DNA of 64,000 bases, from positions 17,133 through 81,132 of IMG/VR virus record IMGVR_UViG_3300035661_000042. One strand, 5' to 3'. This document shows, piece after piece, positions 17,519 to 26,358 of this stretch. This DNA comes from a virus. The notes under the pieces are model-generated. The model searched no databases. It saw only the letters and a list, made by a program, of their open reading frames with translations, and was not told where the DNA came from. Positions within the stretch are counted from its first letter, which is position 1; every line of letters begins with the position of its first letter. The position numbers and the translations under genes are program-made.

Positions 17519-20500
17519 TCAGATTCTCGATACTATCACAGACTGGAACGTATTTGTCGTTGTAGTAGCAGCAGTTACGTGTGATAGTCCAAGAATCAGT
17601 GCACCAGTGGTGTTGATTGTTGTTGCACCACCAGCGTTCACAACATTACCAGTTGCAGCAGATGTAATACCGGTTGCGCCGTTATTCATCAGGTTACCGT
17701 AACAATATACTGATCCTGATGCACCAATTGCACGAACAACGAAGAACAATGTCACAACAAACGGAACTGTTGTACCAGACGTCGCCGCCGTTGCTGTCAG
17801 TGTTGTCAGTGCAGTATCTGCGGTTGTACCAGCAGCACCGAGCCTTGGTGTAAATGTTGTTACGTTGGCAACCGTCGAAGTACAAGTGCCGTATGCAGTG
17901 ATACGGAATGTATCACCAACTGCCAATGTATTGGCAGCAATGCTGAATGTTGTTGGTGCAATATATGTTGCCGTTGTGTTCAACGCAGCTGACGCAGCTG
18001 TTGTTGCTTTTGTAGGCAGGGTAAAGCTTGCCGTAACAGCGCCAGTAGCAGCAGACATTGTAATTTGGTTTGCTGTACCAGCAATAGAAGTAACAACTGA
18101 CGCCCAAACAGGAGCTGTTGTTGCTCCTTGGGAGGTTAGGGCTTGTCCAGAGGTACCAGCACTACTATTAAGTTGCAGTGATCCGTTTGTTGGAATTATG
18201 AGGTTAATGACACCCGGGGTGCCTGATCCAGTTCTGGCGCCAGCAGTTAATGTAACACTACCGCCAGCACTATTACCCGCACCCGACGCAGAAGTTCCTG
18301 TTATTGCAACACTACCGCCAGGGCCACCAATAATGTACGAATCTCCACCCTTAACAGTTACAGTTCCTGGTAGAGGAGACCCTGTATCAATATTTGGAGC
18401 ACCACCTGCAATGTTGACCGCACCGCCAGCTCCGCCTGAAGTGCCACCCGTGCCACCAGAGATTGTAATTGTGCCGCCAGCTTGCGTTCCGCCGCCGCCC
18501 GATCCAGCAGTGGCGGATATACTTCCACCTGTTGTTGTACCACTACCAGAGCCAGCCGTCAGGGAAACACCTCCTGCAAAACTGCCTGATGCGTTAGCAC
18601 CCGTCAACGATATGCTGCCAGCAGTACCGTTTGTTGGAACTCCACCGTTAATCGCAATATTACCGCCGCTACCTGATGTACTACCGCCTGGGCCACCAGT
18701 AATTGTCAAAGCATTACCGGATGCAGTTGCATTTGCAGCATCGCCAGGAATAACATTGAGGGCTGTTCCAGTTGTTGTTGTAATGCTGTTTGTTGCTGTT
18801 CCTGCAATGATGCTACCTGTTGCTTGTACGGAGCCAGGTGCAATCAACGTAGACGGCAGAGAAACAACAACTGCACCTGTTGTTGGAGTGGAAGTTACTT
18901 GGTTTGCTGTGCCAGTGACGGAAGACACAGCGCCACCACCACCAACAACAGTATTCGATACAATATACCATTGTGTTGCACTGATTGCTGTTACTTCCAA
19001 CGTACCGTTGGCGATTATGGTGACAGCAACGTTAGCACCGAGTGCATCAATTTGAGCTCCTGATGCCGGATAAGCCAACAGTGCATTTGCACCGCGATTC
19101 GTAACCCGGACAGTTCTACCAGCCAACCCAGCAGGCAATACGACACCTGTACCCGATGCAGTTGTTGTTACAACTGCATAATCGGTAGTTAGTACTGTGC
19201 CGGTGCCTTGTGTCGTACCAGCAGCAGTAATGCTGTTCGTTGCAGACGACTGCAACGATGTAGTGATTTGTAATGAGCCAGGGGCTACCAACGTTGACGA
19301 AAGACCAACAGTAACTGCACCAGTTGCGGCGGAAACTGTTGTTTGATTTGCTGTTGCAACATTCGACGTAACACCGGTGTTATTGATAGTTAATGTGCCG
19401 GCGCCAGCTGTGATGGAGATGCCAGTAGAGACACCTAGCGTAGCTACTGTATAGGTTGTACCATTACCAACCAATAGCTGGCCGTTGGTTGGGGTTGTTG
19501 TTACACCGGTACCGCCGTTACCAACACCAACCGTACCCGAAAGAGCGATGGATGGAGCACCAGCTACGCCGTCAGCATTAGTAACAGTGATATTTGTGCC
19601 TGAGCCAAGTGTGCGCGTAGTCCACGTATCTGCTGCTGTGCGAACAGCTATACCAGTTGTAGCCAACCCTTCAACTGCTGCCAAGTCGTTTGCAAGCGCA
19701 ATCGTTGATGTTGCAGCAGGTGTTTGTGCTACACCACTGTTTGTAACTGTAATGCCTGCGCCTGGTTGTGTCACTGTAACAGATGTGACAGTTCCTGAAC
19801 CACCAGCAGAAGTATTTGATACAGTATACCACTGTGTTGCACTGATTGCGTTTATTTGTAACGTACCGTTGACAATCACAGAAATTGCAACGTTTGAACC
19901 AAGTGCATCAATTTGAGCACCAGATGCTGGGTATACTAACAGTGCATTTGCACCGCGATTCGTAACCCGGACAGTTCTACCAGCCAACCCAGCAGGCAAT
20001 ACGACACCTGTACCCGATGCAGTTGTTGTTACAACTGCATAATCGGTAGTTAGTACTGTGCCGGTGCCTTGTGTCGTACCAGCAGCAGTAATGCTGTTCG
20101 TTGCAGACGTCTGCAACGATGTGGTGATTTGTAATGAGCCTGGTGCAATTAACACTGATGCAAGGCCGATTGTGACAGCACCGGTTGCACCGGATACTGT
20201 CGTCTGGTTTGCTGTTGCGACGTTTGATGTCACACTAACTGCTGGTGATTGCCACGTCGGCGCTGTTGTAGCACCTGTTGAGGTTAACAGTTGTCCCGAC
20301 GTACCAGTTGCTGCACCACCGGTTCCAATTGACCACGCTCCGTTTGCAAGAATTCGAAGACGTTCTGTCAATGACGTCGCGCCCGTGCTTAATACAACAT
20401 ATCCACCACTACCTGATGTTGTCAATCCACCGTTGATAGAGACATTACCACCAGAAGTACCGCCTGTAACCGAACTACCAGCAGTGATAGTTACGTTACC

Positions 20501-22558
20501 ACCACTACCTGATGTTGAACCGTTAGTTGAATTACCACCCAGCAATGAAAGATTTGCGCCAGCAATGCTATTGCCAGCGCTATTTCCTCCACGAATTGTA
20601 ACGCCCCCGCCTCTGTATATTGAATCAGCGTGAATAGTTACAACACCCGCATTGCCAGTAGATGACGTATCCCCTGACCGTAATGTTAGAGATCCTCCGA
20701 TATTTGCGCCACCGGCTGTACCACCTGCAATAGTCGTGTTTCCTGCATCACCACCAGAAGTACCGCCAGCTGTCAGGGTAATATCATTTCCTGTGCCGCT
20801 TGATGAAAATCCTGCACTGATTGTCATCGGTGCTGAACTCAATGTTCCAGTTATTCCTGTAAACGTGACAGCAGAATTTGCAGTGACCCCGAGTGTAGTT
20901 GCATTAGGCAGTGACGAGGATGCAGGTGGGGTTGTCCACGTACCGTTTCCACACCAGAATGTTGTACCTGATGCAGATGTTCCGCTATTCAGGTTAGTAA
21001 CTGGTAGATTACCCGACACGTGTGTTGTTAAGTCAACTTTACCCCAGGCAGATACGGTCGTGACACCACCAGAAATCAACACGTTACCAGTAGCAACCGA
21101 CGACAACTTGCCCAATACGTTTGATGCAGTACCTTGTAGTAAGTCACCAACAGCATATGTTGTGATATTGGTGCCACCGTTACCAATTTGGAGAGTACCA
21201 GTTACATCAGACGTAGAAATGTCAACGTTTGTCCACGTAGTTGTGCCGTTTCCCGCTGCATTGTGGAGGAATGAGTTTGTTCCACCATTATTCAATGGGA
21301 GAGTTAAGTTCCAGTTGGCGCTCGAAGCGCCTGATTGAATTCTTGTGTAATTAACAGTTGATGCGTTTCTGAATGTAATTTGACCGAGTGCTGTTGAACT
21401 TTGACCAAGCTCCAACGAATCCGTTGCAAGAATCGTCAGCTTACCATTCATTGTATCACCGTTGACAGACACGCTGTCATATGCAGAAATACGAAGAATC
21501 GTTGCTGTTTCAATAACAATAAAGTAAAGGTTACCAGCAATGATACCACCAATAGGAACTGTTGTAATTCCCATTGATATTATGATAGCGCCTTGACCAG
21601 AAATGTTCATCGTCGGGCTTGTTGCGCTTGAATTGCTGGCAGCCTTAAACACAAACTGTTGTCCAATTGCTGATGCATACGATGCAATTGCAGGCGACGG
21701 AGTAATTGTCAGTGCATTAGCTGTACCACCTGCCGTGCCGCACCATATTAACGGTGAAACACTACCACCCGCCGCTGCCCACGTTGGTGTTGCACCTGCA
21801 CCAGCTGATGACAAAACTTGTCCAGCCGTACCAACACTGCCATTGAGTGTGATTGGTGATGATGCACCTGACAAAGATAAACCGGCGGCTGCGATTAGTT
21901 GACCAGTTCCTGTATTGACAGTTAGGTTTGCACTACCAGCAAGACTTCCACTGCTGTTGAACTGAACTTGTGTTGTTGAGCCACCAGCCGCCGGCACTGA
22001 ATTACCATTGAACAAAATAGTAATTGCAATGTTTTTATTGTTACCAAACGTGCCTGAGCCGTCAACGAACGTAACGTTGAATGTAAACCATCCTGTATTA
22101 TCAACTTTTGAAGCTACTGTCCAGCGCTGGAATATAGATGCATCATCCAAATCCTGAATGTACAGCGTTGATGGAAAGTTTAAGTTATTGAAGTACGTAG
22201 TTGCATCGAAGCCACCGCTTGTTAGTGAATCAATATAGATTGCAGTGCTACTTGATAATGTAGCATTATTCCATTTCAAATTTCCGGAGCCAGGATCAGT
22301 TGCAGCTTGGTTATTAGTTACGCTTTTGTATTTGCCGAGTTGGCTAATACCAGAAGGAAACTGGCTCGCCCAGACGTTGGAGCTGTTGTATACTTCTAAT
22401 GAACTTGTGTCAGTATTCCAGCGAATGGATGCAAGGACGGGAGAGCCTGGCCGTTGTGCCGTTGTGCCAACTGGAAATACAATTGACCCCGTTCCACCAA
22501 ATGTTACAAATGCTTGGTCGTCAGGGGATATTGTGTCTGTACTGTGGTCAAATTCCAT
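17519..22558 (-). CDS. Long Gly/Thr/Ser-rich tail fibre protein (1679 aa)
   Basis: N-terminal P.GTTAQRP...IRWNTD anchor, two glycine-rich GG.V.I.GG repeat blocks and an internal duplication. Confidence 0.8.
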   Translation of the reverse strand: MEFDHSTDTISPDDQAFVTFGGTGSIVFPVGTTAQRPGSPVLASIRWNTDTSSLEVYNSSNVWASQFPSGISQLGKYKSVTNNQAATDPGSGNLKWNNATLSSSTAIYIDSLTSGGFDATTYFNNLNFPSTLYIQDLDDASIFQRWTVASKVDNTGWFTFNVTFVDGSGTFGNNKNIAITILFNGNSVPAAGGSTTQVQFNSSGSLAGSANLTVNTGTGQLIAAAGLSLSGASSPITLNGSVGTAGQVLSSAGAGATPTWAAAGGSVSPLIWCGTAGGTANALTITPSPAIASYASAIGQQFVFKAASNSSATSPTMNISGQGAIIISMGITTVPIGGIIAGNLYFIVIETATILRISAYDSVSVNGDTMNGKLTILATDSLELGQSSTALGQITFRNASTVNYTRIQSGASSANWNLTLPLNNGGTNSFLHNAAGNGTTTWTNVDISTSDVTGTLQIGNGGTNITTYAVGDLLQGTASNVLGKLSSVATGNVLISGGVTTVSAWGKVDLTTHVSGNLPVTNLNSGTSASGTTFWCGNGTWTTPPASSSLPNATTLGVTANSAVTFTGITGTLSSAPMTISAGFSSSGTGNDITLTAGGTSGGDAGNTTIAGGTAGGANIGGSLTLRSGDTSSTGNAGVVTIHADSIYRGGGVTIRGGNSAGNSIAGANLSLLGGNSTNGSTSGSGGNVTITAGSSVTGGTSGGNVSINGGLTTSGSGGYVVLSTGATSLTERLRILANGAWSIGTGGAATGTSGQLLTSTGATTAPTWQSPAVSVTSNVATANQTTVSGATGAVTIGLASVLIAPGSLQITTSLQTSATNSITAAGTTQGTGTVLTTDYAVVTTTASGTGVVLPAGLAGRTVRVTNRGANALLVYPASGAQIDALGSNVAISVIVNGTLQINAISATQWYTVSNTSAGGSGTVTSVTVTQPGAGITVTNSGVAQTPAATSTIALANDLAAVEGLATTGIAVRTAADTWTTRTLGSGTNITVTNADGVAGAPSIALSGTVGVGNGGTGVTTTPTNGQLLVGNGTTYTVATLGVSTGISITAGAGTLTINNTGVTSNVATANQTTVSAATGAVTVGLSSTLVAPGSLQITTSLQSSATNSITAAGTTQGTGTVLTTDYAVVTTTASGTGVVLPAGLAGRTVRVTNRGANALLAYPASGAQIDALGANVAVTIIANGTLEVTAISATQWYIVSNTVVGGGGAVSSVTGTANQVTSTPTTGAVVVSLPSTLIAPGSVQATGSIIAGTATNSITTTTGTALNVIPGDAANATASGNALTITGGPGGSTSGSGGNIAINGGVPTNGTAGSISLTGANASGSFAGGVSLTAGSGSGTTTGGSISATAGSGGGGTQAGGTITISGGTGGTSGGAGGAVNIAGGAPNIDTGSPLPGTVTVKGGDSYIIGGPGGSVAITGTSASGAGNSAGGSVTLTAGARTGSGTPGVINLIIPTNGSLQLNSSAGTSGQALTSQGATTAPVWASVVTSIAGTANQITMSAATGAVTASFTLPTKATTAASAALNTTATYIAPTTFSIAANTLAVGDTFRITAYGTCTSTVANVTTFTPRLGAAGTTADTALTTLTATAATSGTTVPFVVTLFFVVRAIGASGSVYCYGNLMNNGATGITSAATGNVVNAGGATTINTTGALILGLSHVTAATTTTNTFQSVIVSRI
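19077..20109. repeat. 172-bp exact direct repeat (19077-19248 = 19938-20109) within the long fibre gene
   Basis: Compared base by base. Offset is 861 nt (287 codons); flanks are homologous but diverged. Confidence 0.9.
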
Positions 22559-22570
22559 TATCAGTACTCA

Positions 22571-24979
22571 TTAGTTCGTGACTTGTGCAGTATCAATTGT
22601 TGCAATCCAGCGAATCGTCTTTGCAGCTTCACCAGTTACACGAATTCGCAATGAGCCGTTTGTTGTATCAGCGTCAACCACAACGTCCCATGCCGCGTTA
22701 GTTTCACCAAGAATTGACTTGACTACTGCGCCGACCAATGTTGTAGAACCAGCTGTTGTATCCTTACGAATTACACCGTCAAACCTGTAACCAGCGCCAC
22801 CACCAACCGCATCCGTGCGGCGGGCTGCAACCAACATAGAGAACGTCCACAACGAGTTGTTAGGTATTACAACTCGTGTTGCAGAACCATCAAGGAATAG
22901 TTCTGTTTGTGTAGCGTTGACCGTAGAATTACGAGCAACAAGCATTAGACGTTGCGCGTCGCCGAGCGTACCAAATTGACCGTTTGCAAATGCCTTTGCA
23001 CCGTACAATGATGCAGAAGCACCTGTGCTAACAGCAAATCCGTCAGTCACAGTTGCGGAAGACCCAGATCCAAGTGCCACTGTGTTAGTACCTGATGCAA
23101 CAGGTGCTGTTGGTGTTGATGGGCTTTCGTTGTACAGCTTCAACGCTGTTGCCTGCAAGTCAGCCAGTACAAGTTGGCGGAACGTTGGTGCGCCAGTTGA
23201 GCCGTTTGGAGCGATGAATACAGTATTTGTCGTCTGCGTAGCCAATGTACCCGTCAGTGTACCGGTGGTTGTTACTGGTGAACCAGAAACAGTGATAAAC
23301 GATGGCAGAGACAGGGCGACGGACGTTACCCCAGTATTGGCAATAGAGATTGTGCCGGCACCTGGCGTTACAGAAATACCTGTACCAGCACTAATTGATG
23401 CACGTACTGGTACAGCGCCTGTTGAACCAATCAAAATTTGACCGTCTGTCGCAGCTGCTGTTGAAGATACAAGACCAGCAGCTCCTGAATAGATGAACGA
23501 ATTTGGAGTCAAGTTATCGACTGTCAACGACGTTGTAACACGAAGTGTACCAGGAGCAATCAACGTCGAAGACAAACCAATCGTAACAGCGCCAGTTGCG
23601 GCAGAAACCGTCGTCTGGTTTGCCGTTGCAACATTTGATGTGACACCAGTGTTGTTGACCTGCAACGTGCCGGAGCCAGCCGTAATAGAAATACCAGTTC
23701 CTGTGCCAAGCGTTGCAACTGTGTAGTTTGTACCGTTACCAACGAGCAATTGACCGTTTGTTGGTGTTGTTGTTACACCAGTACCGCCAAGCGATACAGC
23801 AATAGGAGAGGTGATAGAGAATGTTGTACCAGTCAGTGTCAATCCTGTGCCTGCGCTGTATGTACCAGCACCAGAGAATTGAACAAAGTTGATTGCTGTT
23901 GAGTTGAGTGTACCACCTTGGTCAGATGTACATACCCATCCTGTATCTGCAAACGTTGAACCGCTGGTTTCCACAAATACGAACGCGTTTGGTACTTCTG
24001 TCCACGAATCCATATCTACTGCACGAGTAGGTGCACCTGATGCGTTGACCGTGTAGATACCGTTTTCAGATGCTGTACCTTGATTCTTGATAAGGATACG
24101 ATCACCAGTTACCAACGTAATGCCGTCAATCACAGAACCGTTGGCAAATGATGATGCAAGCGTACCGGACGCGATTGTCATTGCGCGAACGGATCCCTTT
24201 GGATCAAGACCTTGTGCAAGGCTGTCAACGTATGCTTTGGAAGCAGCAGAACCAGCAGTGGTTGGTGTTGCTGGAAGACCAAGAACTTCACCACCGCCAG
24301 AGAACGTCAAGTTCGCAGCGGATGTCATTGAGTCACCAGATACGTTCACATATGTAGAATCAACCAGTGCTGTAATGTCACCAGCAACAACTGCTGTGTT
24401 GTTAATTACACGACCTTTGGTATCGAGTTGAATCTTGACAAACGACGTACCAGTGGCACCCTGTGTAACCGTTACAAGGTCGATAGTCGGTGCGCCGGCA
24501 ACACCGTCGCCGTTCGTGACAGCAATATTTGAACCTGTACCTGTAATCGTGCGGCCAGTATATGTACCAACAGCTGTGCGGGCAACCATTCCTGTTGTTG
24601 CAAGGTTTGATACACCAACCAGTTCAGCGCCAAGCGTTAGTGCAAATGTACCGGTGTTTGTGATCGTCTGCGTTGTTCCAGCAGATACCAACAATCCAGG
24701 GCTGACGGTTGTTACAGTGACTGATGATACAGCGGCACCACCAGTTGCCAGCGTATTCCATCCAGATCCGTTGTTGTATTCAACAAGGCTTGATGTTGTG
24801 TTGAAACGAATTTGACCAGCAGCGTTTGCAGGACGAGCAGCATCTGCACCAAGTGGCAAATACAACGAACCCGTACCAGTAATTACCAGCGATTGTGTTC
24901 CGCCACCGAGAGGAGGTGCAACAGAAGTATCGATTGTTAATAGGCTATCAATAAAGCCGGTGTCGTGGTTGAAATTCAT
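22571..24979 (-). CDS. Tail fibre protein with YadA-like head repeats near the C-terminus (802 aa)
   Basis: Similar N-terminal anchor (LP.G..A.RP...GQIRFNT), AASKAYVD, GDRILIKNQ..ASENGIY domain, ASGTNTVALGSG repeats. Confidence 0.8.
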   Translation of the reverse strand: MNFNHDTGFIDSLLTIDTSVAPPLGGGTQSLVITGTGSLYLPLGADAARPANAAGQIRFNTTSSLVEYNNGSGWNTLATGGAAVSSVTVTTVSPGLLVSAGTTQTITNTGTFALTLGAELVGVSNLATTGMVARTAVGTYTGRTITGTGSNIAVTNGDGVAGAPTIDLVTVTQGATGTSFVKIQLDTKGRVINNTAVVAGDITALVDSTYVNVSGDSMTSAANLTFSGGGEVLGLPATPTTAGSAASKAYVDSLAQGLDPKGSVRAMTIASGTLASSFANGSVIDGITLVTGDRILIKNQGTASENGIYTVNASGAPTRAVDMDSWTEVPNAFVFVETSGSTFADTGWVCTSDQGGTLNSTAINFVQFSGAGTYSAGTGLTLTGTTFSITSPIAVSLGGTGVTTTPTNGQLLVGNGTNYTVATLGTGTGISITAGSGTLQVNNTGVTSNVATANQTTVSAATGAVTIGLSSTLIAPGTLRVTTSLTVDNLTPNSFIYSGAAGLVSSTAAATDGQILIGSTGAVPVRASISAGTGISVTPGAGTISIANTGVTSVALSLPSFITVSGSPVTTTGTLTGTLATQTTNTVFIAPNGSTGAPTFRQLVLADLQATALKLYNESPSTPTAPVASGTNTVALGSGSSATVTDGFAVSTGASASLYGAKAFANGQFGTLGDAQRLMLVARNSTVNATQTELFLDGSATRVVIPNNSLWTFSMLVAARRTDAVGGGAGYRFDGVIRKDTTAGSTTLVGAVVKSILGETNAAWDVVVDADTTNGSLRIRVTGEAAKTIRWIATIDTAQVTN

Positions 24980-24990
24980 TATTGTGCCTT

Positions 24991-25638
24991 TTAATTGGTT
25001 ACTTCAAGCGTATCTATCAAGACCGCCCATCTGATTGTTTTTCCAGCTTGTCCGGTGACTTTGATGGTTAAACTACCGTTTGTTGTATCTGCGGTTGTAT
25101 TTATATCCCAGGCCGTATTACTTTCAGCAAGAACGGTTTTAACTGGTGTACCTTGAAATGCAACTGATGATGCACCAGCACCACGGTAAATTACACCTTC
25201 GACTTTGTATCCAGCGTGCCCGTCACTAACATCCGTACGGTGGCCTGTAATTGTTGCTGTGAACGTCCACGTGCTATCATCTGGAATTACCAACCGCTCA
25301 CCACCAGCTGTCCCGTTCAAATACACTTCTGTGTCTGTGCCGTTAACGGTTACAGTTCGAAGAAGGTATTTTCCTACTTGAATGTCACCAGTTGACCCAA
25401 ATCGGCCATTAGCAAATACCAAAGCGCCTCTGTGACGGGCAAGAGACTGATTACCAAGTGCAATGCTGTTTGTAGCGCCTGTTTCTGTGGTGGCGCCAGG
25501 ACCAATAGCTACGGAATTATCACCCTGGGCCGCTGGCGGCGTGGGTGTAACTGGTTTTTCTTTGTATAGTTCGAGCGTAGTGCCACTGCCACCACTACCG
25601 GGTGTCGTTGCACCAGAGTTGGCTACGATTACACTCAT
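24991..25638 (-). CDS. Short paralogue of the C-terminal domain of 22571..24979
   Basis: LELYKEKPVTPTPP...SVAIG...DTTNGSL.I.VTG.A.KTIRW aligns with the last ~190 aa of the neighbour. Confidence 0.75.
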   Translation of the reverse strand: MSVIVANSGATTPGSGGSGTTLELYKEKPVTPTPPAAQGDNSVAIGPGATTETGATNSIALGNQSLARHRGALVFANGRFGSTGDIQVGKYLLRTVTVNGTDTEVYLNGTAGGERLVIPDDSTWTFTATITGHRTDVSDGHAGYKVEGVIYRGAGASSVAFQGTPVKTVLAESNTAWDINTTADTTNGSLTIKVTGQAGKTIRWAVLIDTLEVTN

Positions 25639-25735
25639 CTATTGATCCTTCCGTATTGGGATATTTATGTACTTTGTATTTGACGGTGTTGTGGGTTTTG
25701 GGTTAGCATAAATATCCGAAACACAGTGGACCCCT

Positions 25736-26323
25736 ATGGCTATCAAGATTCTTACAGTTCATTTCACAAATAACGGCAGTCCTGTTACTGGATTGTCTCC
25801 AACCGTTGACATTTACGAACTCGATCCGGTTACACCTTCAACGAATACGTTAGTTGTTAGTGCTGGTGCAACAGTTGAGATTGGTAGTGGTTGGTACAGG
25901 TATCAATTCACCACATACGACACAGCAAAAAGCTACGTATTCACGTTTGACGGTGGAGCAGGACTTTCTGCTTATGAGCGGTACAAAGTAGGCGGAAATG
26001 AGACGTATTCAGAAGAAGTTGCTAACGGTGTTTGGGATGAAACTGCAAATACACACGTTCAATCAGGGTCAACAGGGTTGATTTTGCAACAAACAAAGGC
26101 AGATACAGCAAGCATTGTTGTTTCAGAGGTGACAATCGTCACGCTACTGAACCTGTTATTGAAGTATCAACGCAACAGGACAAAGATCGATTTGGTCAAT
26201 AGCCAATTGATTATCTATGACAATGATTGCACGACACCGTTAACGACTTTCAACTTGCTTGACTTCAACGGTATGCCAAATGTGCAAGAAGTATGCGAAA
26301 AAATCCCGCTTACCTGCCCATAA
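25736..26323 (+). CDS. Putative structural protein of the plus-strand cassette
   Basis: Late promoter at 25709; Ig-like N-terminal half; C-terminal half paralogous to 34993..35913. Confidence 0.7.
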   Translation: MAIKILTVHFTNNGSPVTGLSPTVDIYELDPVTPSTNTLVVSAGATVEIGSGWYRYQFTTYDTAKSYVFTFDGGAGLSAYERYKVGGNETYSEEVANGVWDETANTHVQSGSTGLILQQTKADTASIVVSEVTIVTLLNLLLKYQRNRTKIDLVNSQLIIYDNDCTTPLTTFNLLDFNGMPNVQEVCEKIPLTCP

Positions 26324-26358
26324 ATATACAACTAATGTCACGGTAGCAAGGACCCTAA

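Noticed and set aside
17865-19055. 396-aa plus-strand ORF and many similar antisense ORFs over the fibre, sheath and capsid genes
   Set aside because: These are shadow frames of Gly/Thr/Ala-rich genes with no RBS, promoter or recognisable motifs.
19077-20109. Repeat pair as the template and variable repeats of a diversity-generating retroelement
   Set aside because: Both copies are coding and in frame, the core is identical, flanking differences are not adenine-specific, and there is no reverse transcriptase in the window.
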